Source: Candidatus Hydrogenedentota bacterium (GTDB lineage Bacteria; Hydrogenedentota; Hydrogenedentia; Hydrogenedentales; SLHB01). Taken from it: DNA of 64,000 nt. Shown here in pieces: positions 30,121 to 40,683 of the stretch (its first letter is position 1; each line of letters opens with the position of its first letter). A program made the translations under genes and the position numbers. The stretch covers positions 64,001 through 128,000 of the forward strand of contig CAVUWV010000009.1 of NCBI GenBank assembly GCA_963745075.1, written 5' to 3'. The notes under the pieces are model-generated. The model had not been told where the DNA came from, searched no databases, and saw only the letters and a program-made list of their open reading frames with translations.

Positions 30121-33108
30121 CTATCGCTCGAGCCGGGCGTTTCCCCAGGTCCCGAGATCGTCGTAATTCGAGTCGCCGCCGTTCGTGGTCTTGAGCGCCA
30201 AGCGTTTGACACCTGGAATCGCCACGTCCACGGCAATCGGCGCGTCGCCTTCGCGGAGCACGGGGGATTCGTACAACACTTTGCCGTCGCCTTCGACGAT
30301 AAACGTGCTGCTTCCGACTTTGGACGCGTCTGATTTTCGGTCCGCAGAAATGCCGTGCATGCCGACCTCGGCTTTGAACCGGGCAAAGGCCCCGCCGATG
30401 TCGATTACAACTTCCGACGGCGCGTGTACGCCGATACCCCGGCTGTACGTAACCTTCCCCACGCGTAGCACGGGGTCCTCCGGCCAGCAGGACTCGTCCC
30501 AGCCCAAGTGGAAAAACCCGACTTTGGATTCGAGGCAGCGGTTGCGCAGGTCCGCGATGGGAATCGTGTTCCCCTCGGGCAGCGGCGGAAGCGGCATCTG
30601 GAACGTCGCAACCGGCAGCAACGTAGCCAGTCGCCGGTCACGCTCCGCTGCGAAAACGGGGAAGAAGTCGCCCTGCGGCGTCGGAATGGACTTTGAATTC
30701 TCTGACACAAGGTTATAGTCCGCCCGCAGCCACGCGCCGATCTGACCCGTACCGCGTCCGGCCATTGTTATCGCAACCTTGTGTTGCCCCTTCGGCACAT
30801 CGATCAACGCCCAGGCATCCTGACTCTTGCCGCGGGTACGCTCGTGGAATGCGACTGTCGTCGTCGCGCCATCCACCGTTACGGCCGGTTCCTGCACCTC
30901 GCCGTGATCGGGCAGCATCATCAGTTGAATCTGTGCCGATTCGCAGCCCTCGGGAACGTCAACAGTTCCGCGCAGGACCAGCGTGTCGGATTTCGTGTCG
31001 AGGAGGAGCCGGCCCGACGGAACGTCTGCCAAGACATCCACATTGCACACGCGCGATACGCCGTCCTCATCCGTCACCCAGCGCACGCCTTCCGGCGCAT
31101 CGGCAAACTGCCGCGATTTCGCGCGCACTTCCAGCAGCATTACGTCGTAGTCACGCAGTGGAATCGACGCTGCAGCGCCAAAGTCCACCTGACCGAGGCA
31201 TGCGCGATACGGATACACCACGTTCAGATAGAGCGGCTCCGTGACGAGACCGAGATCCAGCGTTTCGTCGATGGACAGTTCAAAGGTGCGGGGTTCGATC
31301 CAGGGATTGCGCAACGCGATCAAACTGCGGCCGCGGCCGTCGCCATGGCTGTACCCGTAAGGCTGCCGCTCCGCCGGTTCGCCGCCGAGCAATTGGAAGT
31401 TGCGGTAGAGGATCGCGTTCCGTTTTGCCCAGTTCCCCACGTCGCCAAGAAACTGCAACCCGCCCGCCGATTGGTCCAACACACCGAGATCGCAGCAAAT
31501 GATGTGGTTCTGCACCGCACCGCGTCCAGTCAGCGCGAGCACGTACTCGTCCTCCCACCGCGCGGACATGGCTTCGCCTTTGACTTCGACGCCGTCGATC
31601 AAATGATCGGCACGGACTTGCGTACCGTAGAGATCCTCCGCCCACAGCGGGAACTGCCGCCGTTGCCGCCGGTGTTCATTGAACACCTGGATGTCGCGCA
31701 CCGTGATCAATTCGTCCCGCAACCACGGCGAAGGGATGTCGCACCCCAACGTGTCCCCCGCCACGGAGTGCACGCCGTCCAGCTCCGTCAGCCACCACGG
31801 GCTCGCCCATTCGTTGCACACGAACAAGTCCAGCACGATTCCCGGATTGATCTGACGCAGCGATTCGAAGATCGCCAACTTGTTCTCCACGACACGTTCC
31901 GTGGAGTAGACGCCCTGTTCATCGCCGATGCCCACCAGATGTCCATGGCCCGGTTGATTGCATCCGAACCCCTGTCCCCAGAACATACCGTCGAAGTTGA
32001 TCGTGTTCATGCCGTACGTGCGCACGATGTCTTCCAACCGCGCCCGGATCGCCTGGTAGTACACAGGACCCGCGAGGCAGTAGCTCTTGTCGTGCTGCAA
32101 TTCATAGCCCTGCGTCTTGCCCCACGCATGGGTCGGCGTATCGAAGATGGGGGAGAAGCTCGTCCAGAACCCCAGCGGCGTGTCGAGTCCTCTCAGCGCC
32201 TCGCGCGTCTTGTCCCAGATGTCCGCCTCGTTCGGCACGAACAGCGCATCCGGCCGGTACATGTCGAATCCCGCGTCGTAGCTCCAGCCGTCGAAGGTAA
32301 AGCCCGTCAATTCGCGCAGCTTCCGCGCGTACTGCACCATGGCAACGCCTTGCTCGGTTCGGTTCGGCGGTTTGATGACCCGGAATCCGTTCCAGTAGAT
32401 GTTCGCGCGGGGCGGATCGGGGATGGGAGTCAACGTTGCCACGTAGTCGAAGAATGCGTCCTGCACGCGGCCGGGTGCCGCCACGCCCACCACGGCCCGT
32501 TTGGTCCTATAGGCGCCGCCCGGTTCCAAGTCGACTCCGGGATGATGGCGTAGGAAGATGACGCCGTCCCGCGTCGCCGCCGATCGCGTCGCCGGAAACT
32601 CCACGCCGAACCACAACGACTCGGTATAGACCGGTTGCCCCCAATCCGCGAGCGATGGAAAGTCGGGATTGACGGAATAGGTGATTGCCTCGTCCACGAC
32701 CGTGAGATGTTCCAACTCGACCGTTCGCAGCAGAAACGGCGTGTCCCCGAAGTTCGTGAAGGTGATTTGCTTGTACAACCACGGCCGCCCCGGTGAGCCT
32801 GTGTAATCGATGTCCGCTTGCAGGCCGAGTCCAGCGTTGACCAACGTCGCCCGAATCCCGTTCGGCGTTTCTTTCAACGCCACCACGCCGAACGACTCGC
32901 TCGTGGTCGCATCGCCGTTGCCATACGTGATTTGGAATTCCGGCCCCGCCGTGCGAAGGGAACGGCCGATCAGATTGTTGTGGATGGCAACCGTGTGCAG
33001 CCGCCCGTCGTCGACATCGAGCACGCGGCTCACCTGATTGCCCGGCACGACAAACGTGCTGCCGGCCAGAGACATCGTCGCGAATAATGCAGATAGTCCT
33101 GCCAACAT
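30121..33108 (-). CDS. secreted glycoside-hydrolase-like protein with a C-terminal NPCBM/NEW2 domain
   Basis: Signal peptide; TIM-barrel-like core (YDAGFD, YCLAGP, INFDG); C-terminal RGIGVHAPSE...GDGKVLYES...GDSNYDDLGTWGNARL. Confidence 0.75.
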   Translation of the reverse strand: MLAGLSALFATMSLAGSTFVVPGNQVSRVLDVDDGRLHTVAIHNNLIGRSLRTAGPEFQITYGNGDATTSESFGVVALKETPNGIRATLVNAGLGLQADIDYTGSPGRPWLYKQITFTNFGDTPFLLRTVELEHLTVVDEAITYSVNPDFPSLADWGQPVYTESLWFGVEFPATRSAATRDGVIFLRHHPGVDLEPGGAYRTKRAVVGVAAPGRVQDAFFDYVATLTPIPDPPRANIYWNGFRVIKPPNRTEQGVAMVQYARKLRELTGFTFDGWSYDAGFDMYRPDALFVPNEADIWDKTREALRGLDTPLGFWTSFSPIFDTPTHAWGKTQGYELQHDKSYCLAGPVYYQAIRARLEDIVRTYGMNTINFDGMFWGQGFGCNQPGHGHLVGIGDEQGVYSTERVVENKLAIFESLRQINPGIVLDLFVCNEWASPWWLTELDGVHSVAGDTLGCDIPSPWLRDELITVRDIQVFNEHRRQRRQFPLWAEDLYGTQVRADHLIDGVEVKGEAMSARWEDEYVLALTGRGAVQNHIICCDLGVLDQSAGGLQFLGDVGNWAKRNAILYRNFQLLGGEPAERQPYGYSHGDGRGRSLIALRNPWIEPRTFELSIDETLDLGLVTEPLYLNVVYPYRACLGQVDFGAAASIPLRDYDVMLLEVRAKSRQFADAPEGVRWVTDEDGVSRVCNVDVLADVPSGRLLLDTKSDTLVLRGTVDVPEGCESAQIQLMMLPDHGEVQEPAVTVDGATTTVAFHERTRGKSQDAWALIDVPKGQHKVAITMAGRGTGQIGAWLRADYNLVSENSKSIPTPQGDFFPVFAAERDRRLATLLPVATFQMPLPPLPEGNTIPIADLRNRCLESKVGFFHLGWDESCWPEDPVLRVGKVTYSRGIGVHAPSEVVIDIGGAFARFKAEVGMHGISADRKSDASKVGSSTFIVEGDGKVLYESPVLREGDAPIAVDVAIPGVKRLALKTTNGGDSNYDDLGTWGNARLER

Positions 33109-33256
33109 AGATTCCCCGCTCCTTTCACGCGTGCGGGATGCCGTGCCCGCTATATCTATCGTACTTGAGGAGTATCGAGAAACGAAGCAACGGTCCGCAA
33201 CCTCAGAGCAAGGCAATGCGCCAGAACGACCGGAAGCGAATCGAGAAAAGCAGGAA

Positions 33257-34705
33257 CTAGGCCGTGCCCGTCCGGTTCAACTGCTCCAGCGCACGCAGGT
33301 GCATGGGCGACGTGACGGCCCCCTGTAAGATCGGATCGTCTGTTTCCCTGAGATGCGTCATGAGCTTACCGAGCAGGGCATCGCGGACGGTGGCGTGCTC
33401 CGGGGACTCGGCGAGATTGACCTGCTCCCAGGGGTCCGCCTCGAGGTCAAACAACTCCAGCACCTTGTGGTAATCAAGCGCATGGTTCGGCGGTACGACG
33501 GTATCCGACCGCGGCCGCCACGACTGCGAAGGATCCATAAACGACGGCGCACTGGAGAAGTTCGCGATGAGCTTGTGCGTTTTGGTTCGCACGCATCGGC
33601 GCGGATCGTAATAGTCGTGATACGTGATCTCCGCGAACAGCGTGTCGCGTTCGGTGTAGTCCCGTCCATCCAGCAGTGGCGCGAAGCTGTACCCGTGCAG
33701 GGAAGGCGCCGGTTGCAGCCCAAGCACGTCAAGCAGCGTGGGGACCACGTCGATGTTCTGGATCATCGGCTCTATAACGCGTCCACCGTGCCAGCCGTCC
33801 CGGTTGGGCCACCGTATTATCAGGGAAACCTGAATGCCGGGATCGTATACGGAGCACTTCGCGCGCGGCATAGCGATACCGTGGTCCGTGGTGAAGATGA
33901 CGAGCGTGTCGTCAGCGAGGCCGGACGCTTGCAAGGCGTCCAGGATACGGCCAACCTGCGTATCCACGTGATGAAGGGATCCCTGCAACTCGGCCAACTC
34001 CGTTCGCGTGCCTTCGGTATCGCGAAGATATCCGGGGATCTGAGTGCCGAGCGTGGCGTCCGCCTCCAACTCCGTGCCGAGGAATCCCTGATCGGCGTCT
34101 TTGCCCGTGGACAGGCGGTGCGGTTCGATGAAGCCGACCTGCAGATAAAACGGGCGATCCGATGAAGTGTCGCGGCCTTCGAGATAGGCCACGGCCTCGT
34201 CGGTCGCCTGCGTGGCCCGGGCCGGACGTTTGTAGTAGTCCAACCCGCAGCGCTTCGGACCTCCGCGCGTCTCGTGAATGATACCGATACCGGCGGTCTC
34301 ATACCCGGCCTCTTTGAGATACTGACCCAAGTGCTTTTCGTCCGGATACAAGTCCCACGCAAAGTCCGCGTGCGTGAGACCCAGCACGCCCGTGCTGTGG
34401 GGATAGCGGCCGGTAAACAACGACGCGCGTGAAGGACTGCACTGAGGCGCCGTGCAAAAACTTTGGCGGAACCGGACGCCTTCGCCCGCGAGCGCATCGA
34501 GATTCGGCGTACGAACCGTTTCGACGCCGTAACAATGGAGATGCTGGCCAAGGTCGTGGCAATGAATGAATAGGATATTCGGTCGCGTGACACTCGGTAC
34601 GTTGCCTGCTTGCGCCGCGAATGCCAACGGGGTGACCGCCGCGGCAGTCGCCATCGTTTGCAAGGCCTCGCGCCGCGCCATCCGGTGCTTGGCAGTGGTA
34701 TCCAT
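33257..34705 (-). CDS. sulfatase (Tat-type signal)
   Basis: RREAL leader, RPNILFIHCHDLG, CSPSRASLFTGRY formylglycine motif, TTDHG. Confidence 0.95.
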   Translation of the reverse strand: MDTTAKHRMARREALQTMATAAAVTPLAFAAQAGNVPSVTRPNILFIHCHDLGQHLHCYGVETVRTPNLDALAGEGVRFRQSFCTAPQCSPSRASLFTGRYPHSTGVLGLTHADFAWDLYPDEKHLGQYLKEAGYETAGIGIIHETRGGPKRCGLDYYKRPARATQATDEAVAYLEGRDTSSDRPFYLQVGFIEPHRLSTGKDADQGFLGTELEADATLGTQIPGYLRDTEGTRTELAELQGSLHHVDTQVGRILDALQASGLADDTLVIFTTDHGIAMPRAKCSVYDPGIQVSLIIRWPNRDGWHGGRVIEPMIQNIDVVPTLLDVLGLQPAPSLHGYSFAPLLDGRDYTERDTLFAEITYHDYYDPRRCVRTKTHKLIANFSSAPSFMDPSQSWRPRSDTVVPPNHALDYHKVLELFDLEADPWEQVNLAESPEHATVRDALLGKLMTHLRETDDPILQGAVTSPMHLRALEQLNRTGTA

Positions 34706-34776
34706 GGGCTCTTCCTCCTCCGCACAGACTACCACATGCTTGTGACCGATGTACCGTGCGCGGCGGCACGCCAGAA

Positions 34777-35322
34777 TTACATGCGGAAGAGCCCCAGCGC
34801 CATCATAACGAGCCCGGTCAAATTGATGAGCGCCAGAAACAGCACGGTAAATCCATACGCCTTCCACATATTCACTTGCGCGTAGTGTGCGTAACAATAG
34901 GCCAGGAAGAGTCCCGTCGCGAAGGCGCATGGGAACGCGGCTATCGGTGAGAGCACCACCATCACCAAGGCAGACAGACCGATGAACCACCACGGTCTTG
35001 CCCGGCGCGGCCGTCGGCAGAAGAACAGATACAGCACCGCGCACTCGAACGCGATCAGGAAGATTGGCACCAAGATCACGCCACCGACGAATTGCTGCGT
35101 TGCAGTCACGTTCATCGCGTCCTTGAGAAACTCGGGTTCTGCTGTGCCGTATAGAAGAATTGCTAAGCCGTATTGAACCGGCATCAGCAAAGTAACAACC
35201 GGCCACCGAACCAACCACAGAATCGTAAAGAACGACCAGTCCGGCAGTTGATCCATTTTGTCGAGCGTACGGACAAAGCGGTTTTCCTCGTGCAACGCGT
35301 TCATCGTCATGTCCTGCGTCAT
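34777..35322 (-). CDS. hypothetical membrane protein
   Basis: 4-5 hydrophobic segments; start overlaps the blaR1 stop. Confidence 0.65.
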   Translation of the reverse strand: MTQDMTMNALHEENRFVRTLDKMDQLPDWSFFTILWLVRWPVVTLLMPVQYGLAILLYGTAEPEFLKDAMNVTATQQFVGGVILVPIFLIAFECAVLYLFFCRRPRRARPWWFIGLSALVMVVLSPIAAFPCAFATGLFLAYCYAHYAQVNMWKAYGFTVLFLALINLTGLVMMALGLFRM

Positions 35323-37033
35323 GGCTTCACCTCCCGCAGCTCGACGTCGTCCACCCACAACTCGCCGGGCCAGTACATTTGCAGGGATACTTCGATCTTC
35401 TTCGTGCCCGCCGGCACGTACGCATAGTCCACGTATTGTTTCCAGTCATTCGTGCCGTCGTCCCACGGTTCGCCGATTGTCCGAACCCAAATGTGGTAAA
35501 CCCACTCGTCGTGTTCGTCGAGAAATACCAGGTCCAGGACTGCCTTACCGACGTCTTGCGCTTTCACCCACGCCGAGAGTTGGACAAGACAATCGTCGCC
35601 CGGGGCCGCGATGGTTTGAAGAAACGACGCGTAGGGGAACTTGCCTTCCGTCTTGGCAATGTGAACGCCGCGACTGCCCTCGTATCCGAGCCCGTCAGCC
35701 CATTCAAACGAGATCAGCCCCTCTTTCCGCAACGTCCACGGTTCCGGCACCAGCCCTTCGCCTTTCTCGAAGTCGCCGTTGGCAAGCAGATTCCTCCCGG
35801 TGCTCAAGGTGCTCGCCAACTCGCCCAACTCGGAGCGGATTACCGTGACCGCATCTTCATCGCTTCGCTGATCGGACAGCGCTTTGCCGAGTTGCAGCGC
35901 ATGCTCCATGGGCGAATCTGCGGCTGTGGAAAGACGGACGGAAGGTTTTGCGGTTGTCTCCTCAGCCGTTGCGGCGCGTGGTTGTGCCAAGGCGGCCGCG
36001 GCAACCGCGCATGCGAACAGCAGCGAAGCGGCTACACTCCATTTCCGCCCCACCTGCGGTTGAAATCCCGCTTTCGTTGACGTAATTCGGCGTATCCGCC
36101 GGAGCAGATGTCCCTTGTTACTCGCTGCCGCTTGGACGAACGCGGGTCTCGGCTGTACGGCCACGTGCAGCAACGATTCCGCGTACCCGGCCGCGTCCGC
36201 GCCGTTGGTAGTCAGAGCCCAATCGTCGCAGGCGTCTTCACTCAACAAGGACAGCCGGTTGCGCGCCCACCACGCCAGCGGATGCCACGGCAGGAGCACC
36301 AGGACCAATGCGGAGAGCATATCCGCGAGGTGATCGCGCCGAACGTAGTGTGCCAATTCATGGGTGAACAAGCGTCGACCAGTCCGCGTGCTTCATCCGC
36401 GCCTTGAGTTTGTGGTACCAGCAGGGCCGGATGCACGCGCCAACACCATACCGATGGACTTCGCACCGCGCCGGACGCGAAGATCGTAGGCGTGACCTCG
36501 AGGCCCAAATTATCAGATGCGTGGCGTGCACCCTCCGTGTACGAAGTCTCCGTGACGAGCCGGGCGGAACGAAGGATACGCAGTCCCCCGAGAAACGATG
36601 CCACGAAGTACAGCACTGCAAGCGCTGAACCCACTCCCCACAACCACGGTGCGATGGCGTGCCACGAGACGCTACCGCCAGCCTTGGGCGGGGGTGAAGT
36701 ACCAATGTCGTGTGACTTGGCGGAAGTGGGCGGGAGTGCATCGGGGGATTTCTTCACGTCAATCGCCCCTTGTTGTTGAATGAATTCGTAACCCGAAGGT
36801 TCGACGTCTGCTCTGGCCGGCTGTTTCAACAGCCCAAGGCCCAGTTCTCGCACCGCCAGCGAAGCGGCAGGTAGCACTACAGCCGCCACCAGCGCCAGCG
36901 TCAACGCACGGTGTGCTCGCGCAGGATGGTTACGCAGCGCATAGCTCGCCGCCAGCCCCGCGCCCAGCGCGACGGTGACCTGAAGGAGTATAAGCCCAAT
37001 GAACCCGTTCGATAAGACCCCGTCACTTTCCAT
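35319..37033 (-). CDS. BlaR1/MecR1-type M56 metallopeptidase with a C-terminal carbohydrate-binding-module-like domain (indels near 36370-36410)
   Basis: HELAHYVRRDH, PWHPLAWW, SEDACD, YAESLL; C-terminal NLLANGDFEKG...SAWVKA...GTNDWKQ...GELWVDDVEL (CBM4/9-like). Confidence 0.85.
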
Positions 37034-37419
37034 CCCGCCCCCTCTCGCGCCGCGCATCGATCATGGCGCGCATTTCGGCCAAATCCGCCGGCGTCAGTTC
37101 TTCGTCTTCGAGAAGATGCTGAAACATCAGCAAGGGGTTCCCCTTGAACGCCCGCGACACCAGCCGCTTCATCGTGCCGACGCCGACCTCCTCCCGCGAA
37201 CGGGTCGCGCGAAAGACGTGCATGCGTCCGTCCGCGCGGTGTTCCAGCCAGCCCGCCTTCTCCAGCTTCTGCATCGTCGACAGGATCGTCGTGTACGCCA
37301 GCGACTTCTCTTTCGCCAGCCGATCCCGCACTTCATGGACCGTTGCCTCCCGGCAAATCCCAAATGGCCTCCATGACCGAGCGCTGCAAATCGCCCAACC
37401 CCTCGATGGACTGTCGCAT
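37023..37419 (-). CDS. BlaI/MecI/CopY family repressor (one-base insertion near 37353)
   Basis: LGDLQRSVMEAIWDL, then REATVHEV...LAYTTILSTMQKLEKAGWL. Confidence 0.9.
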
Positions 37420-37442
37420 GGTTTTTCTCCCACGAAGTTAAT

Positions 37443-37482
37443 TACTACATCACATAGTACTAAAGAACGTAGTGTTTGTCAA
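37443..37482 (-). promoter_or_regulatory. sigma-70 promoter overlapped by two BlaI-type operators
   Basis: Minus strand TTGACA (37477-37482), 17 nt, TACTAT (37454-37459); dyads TACTAC-N5-ATAGTA (37443-37459) and TACTAA-N5-GTAGTG (37458-37474). Confidence 0.8.
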
Positions 37483-37536
37483 CCCCCAATTTTGGATGTG
37501 TTTTCCCGGGGTTGAATGACCTGGCGGGCGGGAACA

Positions 37537-37620
37537 AATGTAGCGCAGGCGTCTCGCCTGCATCCCCCGGAGTGGTTTCCCAACCTTTCTAAGATGCAGG
37601 CGGGACGCCTACGCTACATT
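37537..37620. repeat. GTAG-type REP doublet (REPIN)
   Basis: AATGTAGCGCAGGCGTCTCGCCTGCATC (37537-37564) inverted against GATGCAGGCGGGACGCCTACGCTACATT (37593-37620). Confidence 0.85.
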
Positions 37621-37635
37621 ATCTGCGTCTGGTCC

Positions 37636-38931
37636 CTACCCCAACGTCCAGGGCGCGCGATACTCGTAGTGCAGGTACTCGTTCGCCGCGTCGTTATTCG
37701 TGATCCGCTCGTTCTCCGCGTCCCATTCGAGGCGGCTCCGAGTCCACAGCGAAATATTGCCGAGATGGGCGATGGTCGTCGAGACGTGCCCGATGGCCAC
37801 GTCGGCGTTCGGCCGGTTCCGGCTTTTCACGCAGTCCAGGAAGTTTCGCATGTGCGCCTGGGTGTGGTCCGGGTCGGAGGACTTCACCTCGATGGGTTCG
37901 AAGGGCCGCTCCCATTCCTGGAATTGACCCGGCCGTTCGGGCGTGACCTTGTACCCTTTGCTGCTCCCGTAGATCGTGCCGAGCGTGCCGCGCAGTTCGA
38001 TTTCACCGGGGATCGCGGCGGTGCTGCTGGCCTCGTACTGACCGAACTGGATCAGCCGTCCCGCGGGAAACTCGAAGATGCTCGTCATCGTGTCGGGAAT
38101 CGTGCGGTCGTCGTCCACGGCGTAGACGCCGCCCATGGCGCAGATCGAGGTGGGCGCTTCATCGCCGACCAGCCAGCGCAGCAGGTCGAAGTAGTGCACG
38201 CCCCAGTTCGTCGTCTGCGACGAATACGCCTTCCACCAGCGGAACTTGTACGGCGCGATGTCTTCGTTGAACGGCCGCTCGGGCCGCGGTCCCAGCCACA
38301 TGTCCCAATCCAGGTCTGGAGGCGGATCGCTGTTCGGCGCCTTCCCCATTCCGTTGGGGTACATGTTGCTCAGCCGAAACGCCTTCGACACCGTAATGTG
38401 ACCGAACTCGCCGCCGCGAATTCGCTCCCCGAGTTCCGCGTACATGGGGGAGGAGCGGCGTTGGGTTCCCACCTGCACCACGCGCCCGGATTCCCGCGCG
38501 ACGTCCACCATGCGACGGCCTTCATGAATCGTGTAGGCCAGCGGTTTCTCCACGTAGACGTCTTTGCCCGCCTTGCACGCTTCGATTGTCATATACGCAT
38601 GCCAGTGGTCCGGCGTCGCAACGGTTACCGCGTCAATGTCGTCCCGCTCCAAGACCTTGCGAAAGTCCTGGTACGCCTGCACGTCCGGCCCCAGCTTCTC
38701 CTGCCACTGATCCAGGTATGGCTGGTACACGTCACATATGGCGACGATCTGCGCGTCCTTGTGCGGCAGAATCGCGTTGATATCTTGCCCCCCCCGGTTG
38801 CCGACCCCAATCACCGCCATCCGAACCCGGTCGTTCGCGCCCTGCGCTCGCGCCGGAGCTAGCCCAGCCACGACCCCCGCCGCCACCGCGCCGGTCTTTA
38901 CAAAGGTTCTGCGTGTCATCTCCGAAGGCAT
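37636..38931 (-). CDS. Gfo/Idh/MocA oxidoreductase (Tat signal)
   Basis: TRRTFVK, IGVGNRG, ATPDHWH, YVEKP, WGVHYFD motifs. Confidence 0.95.
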   Translation of the reverse strand: MPSEMTRRTFVKTGAVAAGVVAGLAPARAQGANDRVRMAVIGVGNRGGQDINAILPHKDAQIVAICDVYQPYLDQWQEKLGPDVQAYQDFRKVLERDDIDAVTVATPDHWHAYMTIEACKAGKDVYVEKPLAYTIHEGRRMVDVARESGRVVQVGTQRRSSPMYAELGERIRGGEFGHITVSKAFRLSNMYPNGMGKAPNSDPPPDLDWDMWLGPRPERPFNEDIAPYKFRWWKAYSSQTTNWGVHYFDLLRWLVGDEAPTSICAMGGVYAVDDDRTIPDTMTSIFEFPAGRLIQFGQYEASSTAAIPGEIELRGTLGTIYGSSKGYKVTPERPGQFQEWERPFEPIEVKSSDPDHTQAHMRNFLDCVKSRNRPNADVAIGHVSTTIAHLGNISLWTRSRLEWDAENERITNNDAANEYLHYEYRAPWTLG

Positions 38932-39136
38932 GATGCTCTCCTTTGGTTGAGTGCTCTCAATGCCGCATCGTAGCGCATGCGACGGTCTTCGGCCAACGTT
39001 CTGAGACGAGGCTCATAGTGCCGTGTCCGAGGCGCGTAAGCTTGCCCCGGAATTTCGTCTTCCCGCTCGGCGTTTCTTCGATATTCCGATGTATTACCAA
39101 CGGCATTGCCATATCCAGAAAGGGGAATGACTGACC

Positions 39137-39655
39137 ATGACTGAACGGACCGGAGAACTGACCTTCAAAGGAAGCCCCTTGACCGTATTGGGTAAGAAAG
39201 TCAGCGTGGGGGACAAGGCCCCGGATTTTTCGTTGCTCGGCAACGATCTGTCGAATGTAAGTCTAAGTGGCAGCGCGGGTAAGGTGCGCATCCTGAGCGT
39301 CGTGCCGTCATTGGATACGCCTGTATGCGATACGCAAACCCGCAAATTCAATGAGAAAATCGCGGATCTCGGCGACGGCGTCATCTGCTATACCATCAGC
39401 GCCGACCTGCCGTTCGCGCAAAAGCGCTGGTGCGGGAATGCGGGTGTGGATCGGGTTGTTACCTTGTCCGACCACCGCGACATGGGGTTCGGTGACGCTT
39501 ACGGGACGCACATCAAGGAATTGCGGCTCGAACAGCGTTCCGTGTTTGTCATCGATGGAAGCGGTGTCGTTCAATACGCCGAATACGTGCCCGAGGTGGC
39601 CCAGGAACCCGAGTACGAAGCGCCTCTCGCGAAGGCGAAAGAACTTTTGGGATAA
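39137..39655 (+). CDS. tpx: thiol peroxidase
   Basis: VVPSLDTPVCDTQTRKFN, SADLPFAQKRWCG, EYVPEVAQEPEY motifs. Confidence 0.96.
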   Translation: MTERTGELTFKGSPLTVLGKKVSVGDKAPDFSLLGNDLSNVSLSGSAGKVRILSVVPSLDTPVCDTQTRKFNEKIADLGDGVICYTISADLPFAQKRWCGNAGVDRVVTLSDHRDMGFGDAYGTHIKELRLEQRSVFVIDGSGVVQYAEYVPEVAQEPEYEAPLAKAKELLG

Positions 39656-39683
39656 AAAGACAGAGCGCAAGGCTGTCTGGGAT

Positions 39684-39726
39684 AAAGGCCGGCATCAGGT
39701 AGGTGGATGCCGGTCTTTCGTTTCTT
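39684..39726 (+). terminator. intrinsic terminator after tpx
   Basis: Stem AAAGGCCGGCATC / GATGCCGGTCTTT followed by a T-rich tract, between convergent genes. Confidence 0.6.
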
Positions 39727-39765
39727 CTCGAATCGGAATACGCTACCCCGTACCCCGCATTCCCC

Positions 39766-39800
39766 ATCGTAATCGTAATCGTAATCGTAATCGTAATCGA
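39766..39800. repeat. (ATCGTA)5 hexanucleotide tandem repeat
   Basis: ATCGTAATCGTAATCGTAATCGTAATCGTAATCGA read directly. Confidence 0.9.
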
Positions 39801-39805
39801 TTCTT

Positions 39806-40534
39806 CTACTTCCCACCGCCGCCGAGGATATCGCCCAACAACCCGCCGATGGGGCTTTCGGTCATCCCACCAAGATTCGTCTCCTGCAACAGACGCTCCA
39901 TCACCTTCGCCAGGATCTGATTCGCCGGCAACCCCGCACCGTCTTTCCCTTCGAACGACATTTCGAACGGCCCGAATTCGTGGGACTTGGTCTGCGCGCT
40001 GAGAAGTTCGGTTGTGATATTCACGGTCGACGTGTCCAACTTCGCTTTATCGATCTTCCAAAGCTTCTGTTCACCGTTGCCACGCAACCGGCCGCCGCGT
40101 CCGCCTTTTCCGCCACCCAGCGCCTGAACCCGTTTCGCATTATCCATCAGGGTCTTCAGATTGTTTCCCTTGCCCAAGGCCGTATCAACATTGACGGTAA
40201 TGCTTCCCACGTCGACGAGCCGGATTTCCGGCTGGTTGGACAGAAGCGACTGCAGGTTCGACTCTACCGAAACTTTCTTGAGCGAAATCGCGTCGCCGTC
40301 TCCGAACCCTTCCGGATTGCCGATATGTACGTCCATGAGATCCAGTCGTTGCTTCTCGGGGTCCCATTTGAAATCGCCCACGCGGGTCGGCGCATCCAAC
40401 ACGCGGGAAACCACCCGTTCCACGCCAACTTTGACGAGTCCCTGCAGATTCTCCGGCCGCTCGCCCGGCGGCGGGGTCAGGGGACGGAGCAACGGACCGG
40501 CCATCACAGCCAACACGACGCACAACGATGTCAT
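39806..40534 (-). CDS. AsmA-like hypothetical protein
   Basis: N-terminal anchor; LDLMDVHIGNPEGF...SLKKVSV...NNLKTL pattern typical of AsmA-N-like proteins. Confidence 0.65.
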   Translation of the reverse strand: MTSLCVVLAVMAGPLLRPLTPPPGERPENLQGLVKVGVERVVSRVLDAPTRVGDFKWDPEKQRLDLMDVHIGNPEGFGDGDAISLKKVSVESNLQSLLSNQPEIRLVDVGSITVNVDTALGKGNNLKTLMDNAKRVQALGGGKGGRGGRLRGNGEQKLWKIDKAKLDTSTVNITTELLSAQTKSHEFGPFEMSFEGKDGAGLPANQILAKVMERLLQETNLGGMTESPIGGLLGDILGGGGK

Positions 40535-40683
40535 TCAAAACCTTCCTTTCGTTCCTTCACAGCGGTAAGGTATGGTACCTATCTGATCCATGGCATCGCC
40601 TTCCGGTTGCAGCTGGAGGCGGCAGGGATCGGCAACTTTCTCCCGTTCTTAGGGATAGACGTTTCAAGGAGGAATTCTATTCT

